Below the pieces are notes generated by a model. That model worked only from the letters and a program-made list of their open reading frames with translations, was not told the origin of the DNA and searched no databases. A stretch of 64,000 nt of DNA from Candidatus Cloacimonadota bacterium. Lineage in GTDB: Bacteria; Cloacimonadota; Cloacimonadia; Cloacimonadales; TCS61. Positions 1 through 11,028 of this stretch are shown one piece after another. Each line of letters begins with the position of its first letter. Position 1 is the stretch's first letter. Where the stretch lies: NCBI GenBank assembly GCA_021735645.1, contig JAIPGP010000002.1, forward strand, positions 383 to 64,382, read 5' to 3'. A program made the position numbers and the translations under genes.

Positions 1-2532
1 GATTATCCGGCAAATAATACAGTTTACCGCATGGGTGATGTAGTAAATTACGGTAAAACATATCTGAGCTTAAATTGCACTTTTGAGGATTATCTGCTCA
101 TTTCCTTTGAAGAATTTGAATGGTTCGGTGATCCCACTATGGAAATCTGGGTGCAGCAGCCCCAGCAGTTAATCGTAGCACATAATGCCGATCTGGAATA
201 TGGCGTCCAGGAATACAGCGTAGATGCCGGTATGACCGGTGCATATTGCACCCTGTGGGATGGCAGCCGAGTGATTGCTGAAGCAGTGAGTGGATTAGAT
301 AATACCGCAAATCTTACCTTTGACGAATATGATTTTGTGGATGAATTAGTTTTAACAGTAAGCCATAGCCAATATCAGCCCTATACCGCAATTATAAACC
401 TGCTGCCACCTCAGGAAGCTTATCTGGAACTAACCACCTTACTCCTGGATGACAGTGCTGGAAACGGCAATGGAATAGCAGATTATGGCGAAAACGTCAT
501 AATAGGCATGGAGCTGACAAATATTGGTGCTGAAACCTGTGAAAGCTTTGAAATGAACCTTAGCTGCAACAGCGAATATATAACAATTTCTGATAATAGT
601 TATAGCTTCTCCGGCAATATCGATCCGCAGCAGGTACAGCAGATTGATGCCATGTTTGAACTCACCCTGGCGGATAATTGCCCGGATGGTGAGATAGTAA
701 CATTAGAATTCGGCTTTGCAGATCATATCTTTTTAGAAGAATTGGTTCTGCATGCACCTCATTTACAATCTGGATATTTTATGATCAATGACACAGCCGG
801 GAATAATAATCAGGCTGCTGATCCCGGAGAAGAACTGATTTTAAGCCTGAATATTCAAAACATCGGCAGCGCAGCAGCAGAAAACGTCTCCGTGCTGCTA
901 TTGAGTTATGATCCCTATCTATCAATTACGCCAGCCGAAATAGTGATTGATAGTCTTTGCGGAGATACAGTGGTGGAATTTACCGGCAGCGTATCTGCAT
1001 CTGCTCCGATAGGCAGCGATTATCAGGTGCAGGTGTTCATCAATAGTGGATCGTATAGTTTTGATCGCTTGATGAGCGGTGATTATGGCTATGCCATAGA
1101 AGATTTTGAATCTGGTAACTTCAGTTTATACAACTGGCAGATGAGTGGAGATAATAACTGGATAATAGATACCGAAGCAGCCAGCGGCACATATTCAGCC
1201 CGTACGGAACTGATGGGCATAAACAGCCGGGCAAAACTTAGCATTTCGGGATTTCTGGCAGATGATGGAATAATAGGATTTTATCGTAAGCTCTATGCCA
1301 ATCTTGAACTGCCCAATAATAACGGCGGCATTCTTTATTTTTACATTGATGATGAAGAAATTGCCTCCTGGGGCGGAAATTCTGACTGGCTGTTCGTGCA
1401 GTTTGAAGTAACGGCAGGACCCCACGAATTCAGTTGGGAATTTGAAAAAGACAATGACCCGACCACCGGGACAGACGGAGCCTGGCTGGATAGAATAGAA
1501 TTTCCGTCTATGACAGCTCCCCCACCCCCTGAAATGACCATTACAGAGCAGGAAATAAGTCTGGAAGTGCCGGCAAATTCTGTATTGGAAAGCAATTTCA
1601 CGATTTCCAACAGCGGTGCCGGAACATTGGAATATCTGATTTTTTATATGACAGAAGAACGTGAGCTGGCAGATTCTCACTTGAGCTTGAGCACCCGCAG
1701 TTATTCCCCGGGACAAACCGCTGGCTGGCTGGTGAGACTTAATAACAGTGAATTCAGTAATGAAGGTATAATTGATCTTTTCCTGAGTTTCCCTCCCGAA
1801 ATTAATGTCAATATTGCCACTCCTCTGAATGGCGGAACTGGCGGCAGCATGACGCCTGACGGCACAACCGGCGGGGGAGTTACAGTAAACTGGCATGGAG
1901 AGACCCCGGACGGATATGGTGTGCTTTTGGCAGGAGAAACAGGACTTGGTGCTGTGAATGTAACTATTGCCGAAGATGCTCCGCTTTCACTGCTGCTGGA
2001 AGCTCAGATAATCGGTGATGCCGGCTCACAGATCCATCAGCAGATTGAATTAGGAAATCTTATTAATAACTGGCTGACGCTGGATCACAATCAGGGTAGT
2101 CTGGGTTATGGAGAAACTGCCGAGATTGGACTCACCATCAATACTGCCGGACTGGAAGAAGGCGCTTATACCCAGAATCTGAGAATATATGATAATATGG
2201 GTGCAGAAATAATTTTGCCGATACTATTGAATGTGACGGCGTCCAGTGAAGAACCGCAAGAAATAGTTCCTGTAACTGCTCTGCAGAATATTTATCCCAA
2301 TCCATTTAATCCTCTGACTACGATAAGTTTTAGTCTGAAAGAAAAAGAGAAGGTGCAAATCTCAGTATATAATATTAAAGGACAGCAGGTTGCAGTTCTG
2401 CTTAACGAATCCAGAAACCCGGGAACCCAGACAATTATCTGGCAGGCAGATGAATTTGCTTCCGGCGTCTATTTTCTGCGGATGAAAACTGAAGGATATA
2501 ATAAAACCGCAAAGCTTCTGCTTCTCAAATAG
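1..2532 (+). CDS. Secreted multidomain protein, probably the C-terminal part of a C25 (gingipain-like) peptidase with Ig-like domains and a C-terminal T9SS/FlgD-type sorting domain; 5'-partial
   Basis: The frame is open from base 1 (DYPANNTVYR-M...). 'WFGDPTMEIW' resembles the end of C25 catalytic domains. Two 'DD.AGN.NG.AD.GE' modules; C-terminus 'IYPNPFNP...YNIKGQQV...SGVYFLR...KLLLLK'. Confidence 0.7.
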   Translation, partial: DYPANNTVYRMGDVVNYGKTYLSLNCTFEDYLLISFEEFEWFGDPTMEIWVQQPQQLIVAHNADLEYGVQEYSVDAGMTGAYCTLWDGSRVIAEAVSGLDNTANLTFDEYDFVDELVLTVSHSQYQPYTAIINLLPPQEAYLELTTLLLDDSAGNGNGIADYGENVIIGMELTNIGAETCESFEMNLSCNSEYITISDNSYSFSGNIDPQQVQQIDAMFELTLADNCPDGEIVTLEFGFADHIFLEELVLHAPHLQSGYFMINDTAGNNNQAADPGEELILSLNIQNIGSAAAENVSVLLLSYDPYLSITPAEIVIDSLCGDTVVEFTGSVSASAPIGSDYQVQVFINSGSYSFDRLMSGDYGYAIEDFESGNFSLYNWQMSGDNNWIIDTEAASGTYSARTELMGINSRAKLSISGFLADDGIIGFYRKLYANLELPNNNGGILYFYIDDEEIASWGGNSDWLFVQFEVTAGPHEFSWEFEKDNDPTTGTDGAWLDRIEFPSMTAPPPPEMTITEQEISLEVPANSVLESNFTISNSGAGTLEYLIFYMTEERELADSHLSLSTRSYSPGQTAGWLVRLNNSEFSNEGIIDLFLSFPPEINVNIATPLNGGTGGSMTPDGTTGGGVTVNWHGETPDGYGVLLAGETGLGAVNVTIAEDAPLSLLLEAQIIGDAGSQIHQQIELGNLINNWLTLDHNQGSLGYGETAEIGLTINTAGLEEGAYTQNLRIYDNMGAEIILPILLNVTASSEEPQEIVPVTALQNIYPNPFNPLTTISFSLKEKEKVQISVYNIKGQQVAVLLNESRNPGTQTIIWQADEFASGVYFLRMKTEGYNKTAKLLLLK

Positions 2533-2733
2533 ACCGGCATCCTGCCTGCATGTATTATACAAAAAGAAGTAAACTCGCCTTGAGCAGAGGATAAAAATAA
2601 CTGAAGATAAGAGTAAATTGATTATATTATATATAAAAAGTGAAAGAGAGAAATTGTAAAGATGGAAATGCAAGAGAAAAAGCTTGACATTGGAGTTGGA
2701 GTAAAGCTTTTGAGTTCAGAAGTATTTGAGTGT

Positions 2734-2820
2734 GCCGAAGTGGTGAAACTGGTAGACGCAGTGGACTCAAAATCCTCCGAGCTTACGCTTGTGCCGGTTC
2801 GAGTCCGGCCTTCGGCACCA
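2734..2820 (+). tRNA. tRNA-Leu (anticodon CAA)
   Basis: GCCGAAG...CTTCGGC acceptor stem plus A-CCA; D-loop TGGTAGAC; anticodon loop CT-CAA-AA; long variable arm; T-loop GGTTCGAGTCC. Confidence 0.96.
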
Positions 2821-2938
2821 ATAAAAGAAGTGAAAATAAAATGCCCAGAATGGAGGGTCTCGATATAAAGATGTTATGGTCTCTTGACTATTCTTTTTTT
2901 CTTATTCAAAACAGTAAAAATTTATTCGGAGGATTAAC

Positions 2939-4006
2939 ATGAAACAGAGTTTAATAATAGTGACCCTTGTGATATTAATGCTGATTCCAGCATTATCTTA
3001 TGGGGTATCAGAAGCTGGGCTGGTATATTTACTAATGGAGCCGGGATCTCGTTCAGGTGGAATGGGCCAGGCTTATGTAGCCCAGGTAGATGATGCTTTT
3101 GCCGGCTACTGGAATACGGGCGCGATGGCATTCAGCCGTAATACGCAGTTTGCTTTGATGCACACCAACTGGCTTGGTGATATTTTTGATGACATTTATT
3201 ATGAATATTTCGGATTCAATACTTATGTAGAAGGCACCGGCACCGTAGGCTTCAATGTGATGTTTCTCACTTATGGTGAGCAGGATGCCTATGATGAAGA
3301 TGCCGTATTTTTGAAGACCTTTTCTTCCTGGGAAGTGGCACCTTCGCTCACTTATGGTTATCAGGTGAACAGACATCTGGGCGTAGGTGGAGCATTTAAA
3401 TTTATCCATAGTGATCTGGCACCGGAAGGAACAGGAAATACAGAAAATGATTTAAAGGGACAGGGCAGTACTTTTGCTTTTGATTTTGGCTTGAAAGTAG
3501 CAGATATTCCTATATTACCGGAAGAATGGTTACCAGAATCGAAATTAAACCTGGGACTGAATATCCAGAATATGGGTCCCAATATAGTCTATATCAATGA
3601 AGAGCAGTCTGACCCGATCCCCTTGAACTGGCGTATGGGCTTTTCCTGGCAGGTATGGAAAGATGAGCTTTCACGGTTAACCGTGAATGCTGATATGAAC
3701 AAGCTGCTGGCAAATCGTGATCATCACTGGTATGAACGTGTCTTTCGTGACTGGGCAGATCAATCACTTGATGAAGAGTGGAATGAGATCATCTGGGGTG
3801 CTGGTAGTGAATTTTCATATCTGAATCTACTGAGTTTGCGTTTAGGTTATATTTATGATCGTGAAGGTGAGATAGAAGGCGTTTCATATGGTGCCGGATT
3901 GTTCTATGAGCAGGATGGTTTCAGGGTAGATATAGATTTTGCCATGCAGCCTGGTGGAGACCTTCAGGATTTCAATCGGACATTTTCGCTTAAAGTATCC
4001 TTTTAG
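2939..4006 (+). CDS. porV: PorV/PorQ-family outer-membrane beta-barrel (T9SS shuttle-like)
   Basis: Signal peptide; 'LLMEPGSRSGGMGQAYVAQVDDAFAGYWN' and 'HTNWL' match the PorV N-terminus; amphipathic strands; C-terminal Phe. Confidence 0.75.
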   Translation: MKQSLIIVTLVILMLIPALSYGVSEAGLVYLLMEPGSRSGGMGQAYVAQVDDAFAGYWNTGAMAFSRNTQFALMHTNWLGDIFDDIYYEYFGFNTYVEGTGTVGFNVMFLTYGEQDAYDEDAVFLKTFSSWEVAPSLTYGYQVNRHLGVGGAFKFIHSDLAPEGTGNTENDLKGQGSTFAFDFGLKVADIPILPEEWLPESKLNLGLNIQNMGPNIVYINEEQSDPIPLNWRMGFSWQVWKDELSRLTVNADMNKLLANRDHHWYERVFRDWADQSLDEEWNEIIWGAGSEFSYLNLLSLRLGYIYDREGEIEGVSYGAGLFYEQDGFRVDIDFAMQPGGDLQDFNRTFSLKVSF

Positions 4007-4013
4007 TTAGTCT

Positions 4014-7000
4014 ATGTACTTACAGAAGAGAATATTTCTTTTCCTTCTGTTTATCCCGATATTTCTGATCGGCGGAAAGATCGAATTACAGAAGGGTCAT
4101 GTTCCGGAGAGAAGCCATCCAGCGACTCATGCTCTGGAGCAGTACTTTGGCAGAACGGCAGAACGAGTGCCGCTTGCGGAGGCAAACCGGGCAGTTGATA
4201 ACCGATTGCTGGTGATGCTGATAGACTTTGTGGAAGATAGTGATTCCACTACAACCGGAAACGGCAAATTTCAATTTTCAGACGACGAATATCTAATAGA
4301 TCTGGGCAAACCTCCACACGATCAGGAGTATTACAGCTATGTGATGGAAAGTGTGCGTTATTATTATCAGGCAGCGAGTCTGGGAGCATATGATCTGGAA
4401 TTTGATGTATATCCGCATTATGACTACACCTCATCAGACAGTGCAATAGTAGCTTATACTTTAAAGCATGAGATGAGTTATTACAATCCGATTGGTGTGG
4501 ATACAGCGACGATGATAAGCCGTTTTGAAGAATATTTCCGTGACGTGTTTGAACGCGTGGATGAAGATGATGAGGTAGATTTTTCACAGTATGGTCACTA
4601 TATGATCATCCATGCAGGCAGTGATTATCAGCATGATATAATGGGAGACACCCGCAGTGACATTCCTTCTTTTTTTATCACAGTGGGTGATGGAAAAGAA
4701 GTAATAGTTGATGATGGGATAGTGATAGATCATGCCTGTAATGTGCCGGAGACGATCAGTCAGGATGGTCAGTATGGGGTGACAACCGCGGTGACAGCTC
4801 ATGAATTTGGACATTCCCTGGGATTTATAGATTTATACAGCACGCTAACGGGGTCACCTCAGGTGGGCTGGTTTGATATTATGGATTCTGGCGGGATGGG
4901 TGAATTGATCGTGGCTGAAATTGATGGAGAATTAATTACAATTGAAGGTGGACTGCCAGCTTTACCGAGTGCCTGGCACCGGATACTTGCCTGGGAAGAC
5001 TATTTTAGAGCAAATGGCATCCTGAAAGACATTGACGAATTGGACTGGAGCGAACCTATACGTGTGGAACCTGCCGAAAAGCTGTTAAGCTGGATCGGAA
5101 CAGATGATCCGTATTTTATCAAAATTCCGCTGACCGACACAGAATATCTACTGGTGGAGAATCGTCAAGTTGACCCAGATGGTGACAGTGGGGTTAGCTT
5201 TAAAGGTGCTTTAGCTCAATATCCCAATGACCCTTTTGATAAAGGGTACAGAATACTGCTTTATCCCACTTATCCGGCACCAGACCCGCGTGAAGACCCT
5301 ACCTGGGAATATGATCTGTTTCTGCCTGGCTGGCAGAATCAAAGTGAAGTAGATGGCAGGTATTACAATTATGGTGGCGGACTGGTAGTCTGGCATATTG
5401 ATGACAATATCATCTATGAAACCGGAGTCTGGGAAGATGGTGAATTCTACAGCAACTATGATCAGAACACCGTAAATGCCCTGCATTCACAGCGGGGAAT
5501 TAAAGTAGTGGAAGCTGATGGGTTTGATGATATAGGCAATTACAGTGACGGCTACAATATCATGGGTTCTGCCTACGATCCCTTCTATCTTTATAATCCT
5601 TTATTGAGCAAAGATGGCTATTTTCTGGGCTGGGATGACAGTGGTATGATACCTGGTTATCAGCCGGTTAATGAGGATGAGTTCATTCACACAATAGAAT
5701 ATAACGGTTCTTCGTTTCCGCGTTTGCAGACCAATGATGGAGACCCCTTTATGTTTGGCATGTATGGCATCAGTTCCTATTCTGTAGAAGTGAATGCGGA
5801 GCGTTCTATGAGCTTCAGATGGGGCAGTCATCTTTTTGATGAATTAACTGTTCTGGGGGAGTATGGCAAAATACAGGGAATTTCGGGAGTAACAGAAGTA
5901 TCGACATTTCCCTCTCTGGCTGTAATAACCGGAGATAGTATTGAGCTGATGACGCTGATTGGAGATGAATGGGGAAATCATTTTAGTCTGGATATTCCCT
6001 TTGGACTTGTGCCGGATCTGCCATTAGTGAGTGTAGATACTGACGGTGATCAGGTGGAAGAAATACTGATAGCTTCTGACAGTATGCTGACTATTATGAA
6101 TGGGATAGAGGTCACTCAGGAAATATATCCAGCAGAATTTAGTGATATGCCGATGTATATTGATGAAACTGCTGTATATCCTCTGGCAGACAGATTGCTG
6201 ATTGGTGCAGAAGAATTACCAGTAGCGGGAGCAAAACTGAGTTATGATCAGGAATATGTGATAGCTGCTAATCAGGAAGGGGTCTGGTATATCGATCCTG
6301 ACACGAAAGAGATTGCTAGGCAATATGAACTTAGCAGTGATGTGGCTTATTATCCAGCAGTATTTCATTTCCAGAATGGAGCAAAATATTGCTATCAGGC
6401 AACGTCTAATGGAGATATCTGGAAGATTGCCGCAGGTGAAATCCACCGGATATTTAAGAGCAGCGATTACTCAGATATTGCTCCAAGCCAGTTATTGCTG
6501 ACACCTTTATATGAAGCAGGCAGAACCTGGCTGGTATTTGCGGCAGGAGAATATTTATTTGCCGTCACAGATGAAGGCACTCTGGCAGAGGGTTTTCCGA
6601 TCTATATGGAAAACAGGGAGATAGAGCCGGGAAGCTGGCTGCAAGGTTTGAAACTGAATGGTGAATACCTGATACTCCTGAAACGAGATACCGAAGCCGT
6701 ATTTGCTCTGAATGGAGCTGGTAATTACCGGTCTGATCTTTCTGCCATTAGTACAACGGCTGTGAATACCTCACAATACTGGTATGATGCAACATCAGCA
6801 GAATTGAACTGGTTTGGCACTGATAGCGAAGGTGGTTTATTGCTTGGCAAACTGATGGAAATAACCGAAAATCCTTTGATAAATCAGGGATACCGTAATG
6901 AAGGTTATAATTCATTTACAGGCACAATCATAGATTTACCTCAGGCTCAGGAAGGATTGCGGGCTTATGCATTTCCTAATCCGGCAAAACATGATTATGC

Positions 7001-7211
7001 AGTAGTGCGGGTATTTGAAGCAGAGGGAAGCATTGATTTGAAGCTTTACGATATTGCCGGTAATCTGGTAATGGAACGTAGCGAAGACAAAGAAGAAAAT
7101 GTCTATCAGGATATTCGGCTGGAGATAAATGGCATCTCCAGTGGGATTTACTATGCTCGAATCAAGAGCAGCAATAAATCATTGACAGTGCCATTAGGAA
7201 TAGAAAAGTGA
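4014..7211 (+). CDS. M6 (immune inhibitor A-like) zinc metalloprotease with C-terminal sorting domain
   Basis: HEFGHSLGFIDLY zinc motif, IIHAG, 'EYLLVENRQ', 'GLVVWHID'; C-terminal 'AFPNPA...LYDIAGNLV...SGIYY'. Confidence 0.85.
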   Translation: MYLQKRIFLFLLFIPIFLIGGKIELQKGHVPERSHPATHALEQYFGRTAERVPLAEANRAVDNRLLVMLIDFVEDSDSTTTGNGKFQFSDDEYLIDLGKPPHDQEYYSYVMESVRYYYQAASLGAYDLEFDVYPHYDYTSSDSAIVAYTLKHEMSYYNPIGVDTATMISRFEEYFRDVFERVDEDDEVDFSQYGHYMIIHAGSDYQHDIMGDTRSDIPSFFITVGDGKEVIVDDGIVIDHACNVPETISQDGQYGVTTAVTAHEFGHSLGFIDLYSTLTGSPQVGWFDIMDSGGMGELIVAEIDGELITIEGGLPALPSAWHRILAWEDYFRANGILKDIDELDWSEPIRVEPAEKLLSWIGTDDPYFIKIPLTDTEYLLVENRQVDPDGDSGVSFKGALAQYPNDPFDKGYRILLYPTYPAPDPREDPTWEYDLFLPGWQNQSEVDGRYYNYGGGLVVWHIDDNIIYETGVWEDGEFYSNYDQNTVNALHSQRGIKVVEADGFDDIGNYSDGYNIMGSAYDPFYLYNPLLSKDGYFLGWDDSGMIPGYQPVNEDEFIHTIEYNGSSFPRLQTNDGDPFMFGMYGISSYSVEVNAERSMSFRWGSHLFDELTVLGEYGKIQGISGVTEVSTFPSLAVITGDSIELMTLIGDEWGNHFSLDIPFGLVPDLPLVSVDTDGDQVEEILIASDSMLTIMNGIEVTQEIYPAEFSDMPMYIDETAVYPLADRLLIGAEELPVAGAKLSYDQEYVIAANQEGVWYIDPDTKEIARQYELSSDVAYYPAVFHFQNGAKYCYQATSNGDIWKIAAGEIHRIFKSSDYSDIAPSQLLLTPLYEAGRTWLVFAAGEYLFAVTDEGTLAEGFPIYMENREIEPGSWLQGLKLNGEYLILLKRDTEAVFALNGAGNYRSDLSAISTTAVNTSQYWYDATSAELNWFGTDSEGGLLLGKLMEITENPLINQGYRNEGYNSFTGTIIDLPQAQEGLRAYAFPNPAKHDYAVVRVFEAEGSIDLKLYDIAGNLVMERSEDKEENVYQDIRLEINGISSGIYYARIKSSNKSLTVPLGIEK

Positions 7212-7237
7212 GAATAAGAAATCTGGAGGGGTTTATA

Positions 7238-8149
7238 ATGAACAAAAAGGTGATAACCGTATTATTCACACTACTGGTAGTAGTGACAATTTTTGGAGAA
7301 GAGATCACTAATGATATTTTTCAGGTGGAATACAGCCAGAAGAATGCCCGTCAAGCCATGCTGTTTTCCGCTATAGTACCTGGTGTCGGGCAGTTATATG
7401 CCAATCCTAATGCAATCACGGGCTACATTTTTCCAGTACTGGAATTTGGACTCTGGTATGGTTATTTTTATTATCAAAGCGAAGGCGATGATATCACAAA
7501 GCAGTATGAAGATTATGCTGACCAGCATTATGACAGGGACGACCAGTGGCATGCCCAGAAATCTCTGATAGATAATCCTCTTAGTTATAATAGTTTTTAT
7601 GCTCCTGATGATTATGATCAAAATGACCTTTATGATTATGGTGAAGGCGGTCACTTCCGTCTTGATCATGAAGATACACAGCATTTCTACGAAGACATTG
7701 CCAAGTATAATAAATATTTATTCGGCTGGGAAGACTGGACAGATATTTATGCAACTATCAGTGGCTCAAACACCTGGACAAGTCCGCAGTGGATAATTGA
7801 GAATAACGAGTATGGTCAGGGTTTATGGGCAGGCAATAATGTAGTAAATCCCGGTTCAGAATATTATACAGACAATGAAAGTCTTTATAACGGAGAACGA
7901 GGTATATATAGTGTGATGAGGCAGAGCTATATAGAGATGCGCCGGGAAACGGAAGATAATTATGATAAGAAGCGATATTGTTCATTTGGACTGTTATTTA
8001 ACCATTTACTGGCTACCATAGATGCCGTAAGAGTGACCAGAAAGTATAATATCGAGCATCTAACTTCCAATCCCGTCGACATAAATTTTTCTCCGAGATT
8101 TGCTGATGGTGAAATCGCACCGAGTTTGACGGTGAGTTACCGATTTTAA
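7238..8149 (+). CDS. DUF5683-like exported/membrane protein, paralog 1
   Basis: ATG 7238 after GGAGGG; signal peptide; 'AMLFSAIVPGVGQLY' and 'NHLLATIDA'; ends in YRF. Confidence 0.65.
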   Translation: MNKKVITVLFTLLVVVTIFGEEITNDIFQVEYSQKNARQAMLFSAIVPGVGQLYANPNAITGYIFPVLEFGLWYGYFYYQSEGDDITKQYEDYADQHYDRDDQWHAQKSLIDNPLSYNSFYAPDDYDQNDLYDYGEGGHFRLDHEDTQHFYEDIAKYNKYLFGWEDWTDIYATISGSNTWTSPQWIIENNEYGQGLWAGNNVVNPGSEYYTDNESLYNGERGIYSVMRQSYIEMRRETEDNYDKKRYCSFGLLFNHLLATIDAVRVTRKYNIEHLTSNPVDINFSPRFADGEIAPSLTVSYRF

Positions 8150-8160
8150 GAAAGGGCATT

Positions 8161-8838
8161 ATGAAGAGACATATAATAATACTGTTGCTGCTGGTGATGA
8201 TAGCCTCTTCACTGCCTGCTGCAGAGCATAAATCTGCTGCCAAAGCCATGTTGTTTTCTGCTATCCTGCCAGGCAGCGGTCAAGCATATCTGGGTTCATA
8301 TACCAAGGCAGGCATATTTATATCAAGCGAGATACTGCTGCTGGGTACTACCCTGCGTTTGAATAATGAAGTTGACTGGGCTACAGACACCTATCAGCAA
8401 TATGCTTTCACTAAGGTGGGAACTCCAATCGGCAGTGATAAAGATACCTATCAGAACATCCAGAACTATATATCCAGTGATGCATATAACGCCGATATGT
8501 CACATGATGCCTGGCGATATTTTGTACTGGGATATAATGATCTGGAATCCTATTATGCTTATGTGGAAGCCAATCAGATCACGGGTGATGCTGCCTGGGA
8601 CTGGGGAAATGACAAAACCTGGAAGAAATACAGATCATACCGCGTAGATAAGCAGAATATGGAGATGTACAGCAATCTGGCAGTTGCCGCTGTGGTTCTC
8701 AATCACCTGGTGGGCATGATAGATACAGCTTTGACTGGTAAAAAGGTAAGAGCCAGAAACAAAGCTCTGGGAAATTTGTATATAAATCCTGATTTAGAAA
8801 GGAAAGGGATGAGTTTTGGTTATGCATATAAATTCTAA
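8161..8838 (+). CDS. DUF5683-like exported/membrane protein, paralog 2
   Basis: Signal peptide; 'KAMLFSAILPGSGQAY' and 'NHLVGMIDT'; ends in YKF. Confidence 0.65.
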   Translation: MKRHIIILLLLVMIASSLPAAEHKSAAKAMLFSAILPGSGQAYLGSYTKAGIFISSEILLLGTTLRLNNEVDWATDTYQQYAFTKVGTPIGSDKDTYQNIQNYISSDAYNADMSHDAWRYFVLGYNDLESYYAYVEANQITGDAAWDWGNDKTWKKYRSYRVDKQNMEMYSNLAVAAVVLNHLVGMIDTALTGKKVRARNKALGNLYINPDLERKGMSFGYAYKF

Positions 8839-9487
8839 AACGGTCATAGTTGTATTCTTGTTTCTGATAGCAGTCAGCGCAGTTCAGGCAGAAGATTTCA
8901 TTGACCCAGGGGTAAATTTTCTGAAATCGGCAATATTGCCGGGCTGGGGACAGCTTTCGCTGGAGAAAAATTATGGTTATGGCTATTTATTTGCTGAGGC
9001 ATCATTCTGGTCAATGAGGCTCTATTATCTGCAGGAAAGTGATAATAATGCTACTGCTTCTTATAATTATGCCCGTAAATATGCCGGTGTGGACCCTGAA
9101 GGACATTTTTCCAATCAATTTTATGAAGATATGCGGAACTATTCCAGTTCTGACGCTTATAATAATCTTGTAGTTGTTAAGGAAGCTTTGAAATATAGTG
9201 ACAACCCTGAGGAACAGTTAGCCTACATAGCAGAACATGAATACAAGGAAGATCATTACTGGAGCTGGTATTCAGATGAAAGGCAGAGTCATTACAGCGG
9301 CTACAGAAATAATATAGACCATTATAAGGATTATCTGAAACTGGTAGGCGGAGTGATAGCTGCTAATCATATTATAGGTGCTATAGATGCTCTGCGTCTT
9401 TCCAACTATCTCAAGCAGGTTAGATTTGGTGTAGATCAAAATTCTGACCATGCCACCTTACTCACCTGCACAATAAAATTTAAATAG
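8822..9487 (+). CDS. DUF5683-like exported/membrane protein, paralog 3
   Basis: Signal peptide; 'KSAILPGWGQL' and 'NHIIGAIDA'; overlaps the upstream paralog. Confidence 0.6.
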   Translation: MHINSKTVIVVFLFLIAVSAVQAEDFIDPGVNFLKSAILPGWGQLSLEKNYGYGYLFAEASFWSMRLYYLQESDNNATASYNYARKYAGVDPEGHFSNQFYEDMRNYSSSDAYNNLVVVKEALKYSDNPEEQLAYIAEHEYKEDHYWSWYSDERQSHYSGYRNNIDHYKDYLKLVGGVIAANHIIGAIDALRLSNYLKQVRFGVDQNSDHATLLTCTIKFK

Positions 9488-9506
9488 TTCAGGAATAAGT
9501 ACATAA

Positions 9507-11027
9507 ATGATCACAATTGACGGAAATAATCTAAAACTTGAGGACGTGTATAAAGTAGCCTTTGATTTTGAGAAAATCCAGCTGGCTGATGAAGCTAAAG
9601 AAAAAGTTATTAAATGTAGAAATTATGTAGAAGAAGTGATTGATAAAGGCAGAATAGTATATGGACTCACTACAGGTTTTGGAAAATTTGCCAGTATCAC
9701 GATTTCGAAAGAAGATACCTGCCAGTTACAGGAAAATCTAATCAGATCCCATGCCACTGGGATTGGCAAGCATCTTTCCCGGGCAGAAACACGTGCCATT
9801 ACACTATTAAGATTAAATGTGCTGGCAAAAGGAAATTCCGGGATCAGACTGGAGACTTTGAATTTATTAATAGAAATGCTGAATAGAGGCGTTCATCCGC
9901 TCATTCCTGAGAAGGGATCAGTGGGTGCCAGTGGTGATCTGGCTCCGCTTTCGCATTTGGCATTAGTAATGATTGGTGAAGGCTGGGCTGAATATAAAAA
10001 TGAAATATTAGCTGGTGCTGAAGCCCTGGAAAAAGCCGGCTTGAAACCCGTGAAATTGCAGGCAAAAGAAGGTCTGGCACTTAATAATGGTACTCAGGTG
10101 ATGACCGGTATAATGGTACTGAATCTCTTGACAGCCGAAAACATGTACCGCCTCGCTGATGTGTGTGCTGCTGCCAGTATTGATGCGCAGCTTGGCTCGC
10201 CCTCTGCCTTTGATCCAGATATTCATCTGTTGCGCCCTCATCCCGGGCAGATAGATAGTGCTGCCAATCTTTTCAGATTATTAGAAAATTCCTCTTTGCG
10301 TCAAACGCATATAAATTGTGAACACGTGCAGGATGCTTACAGTCTTCGCTGTACTCCGCAGGTGCACGGTGCCGTTCGAGGCACACTGGCTTATGTCCGT
10401 TCTGTATTGGAAGTAGAGATAAATTCAGCCACAGACAATCCTTTGATCTTTCCTGACCAGGATAAAGTGATATCAGGCGGCAATTTTCATGGAGAGCCCG
10501 TAGCAATCGCAGCCGATGCTTTTGGTATAGCAGTAGCCGAGCTGGCAAACCTTTCCGAAAGACGCATGGAACGCTTATTAAACCCCGCTCTCAGCCGGGG
10601 ATTGAAACCATTTCTGGCTCATAAGCCCGGAATTGATTCCGGTTTTATGATCGTGCAGTATTCTGCTGCTGCTCTGGTTTCGGAAAATAAAGTTCTTGCA
10701 CATCCGGCTTCCGTAGATTCCATACCAACTTCGGCTAATCAGGAAGATCACGTGAGCATGGGTACCATAGGAGCAGTGAAAGCAAGGACTATTATCCAGA
10801 ATACAGCCTGGGTGCTGGGCATAGAACTGATGATAGCAGTGCAGGCACTGGAAGACCGTGAGGTGAGCAGTTCCGACGAGATAGAACTGGTAAAGAAATA
10901 CATCCGCACCAAAGTAGAAAGATTAGATGGCGACCGCTATATCAAAGATGATATGGATACAATGCAGCAAGTCATTCTGGGAAATGAATTTATTGATTTC
11001 CTGCAGAAGAATATGAAGCTTAACTAA
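9507..11027 (+). CDS. hutH: Histidine ammonia-lyase
   Basis: 'VYGLTTGFG', MIO motif 'GSVGASGDLAPLSH', 'VQDAYSLRC', 'SGGNFHG', 'SANQEDHVSMG'. Confidence 0.96.
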   Translation: MITIDGNNLKLEDVYKVAFDFEKIQLADEAKEKVIKCRNYVEEVIDKGRIVYGLTTGFGKFASITISKEDTCQLQENLIRSHATGIGKHLSRAETRAITLLRLNVLAKGNSGIRLETLNLLIEMLNRGVHPLIPEKGSVGASGDLAPLSHLALVMIGEGWAEYKNEILAGAEALEKAGLKPVKLQAKEGLALNNGTQVMTGIMVLNLLTAENMYRLADVCAAASIDAQLGSPSAFDPDIHLLRPHPGQIDSAANLFRLLENSSLRQTHINCEHVQDAYSLRCTPQVHGAVRGTLAYVRSVLEVEINSATDNPLIFPDQDKVISGGNFHGEPVAIAADAFGIAVAELANLSERRMERLLNPALSRGLKPFLAHKPGIDSGFMIVQYSAAALVSENKVLAHPASVDSIPTSANQEDHVSMGTIGAVKARTIIQNTAWVLGIELMIAVQALEDREVSSSDEIELVKKYIRTKVERLDGDRYIKDDMDTMQQVILGNEFIDFLQKNMKLN

Positions 11028-11028
11028 T

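Noticed and set aside
2734-2820. tRNA-Leu as an integration site for an island
   Set aside because: No integrase is nearby and I saw no duplicated tRNA 3' end in the window.
2662-2942. ORFs 2662..2868 and 2730..2942
   Set aside because: They overlap the tRNA-Leu gene and are spurious translations.
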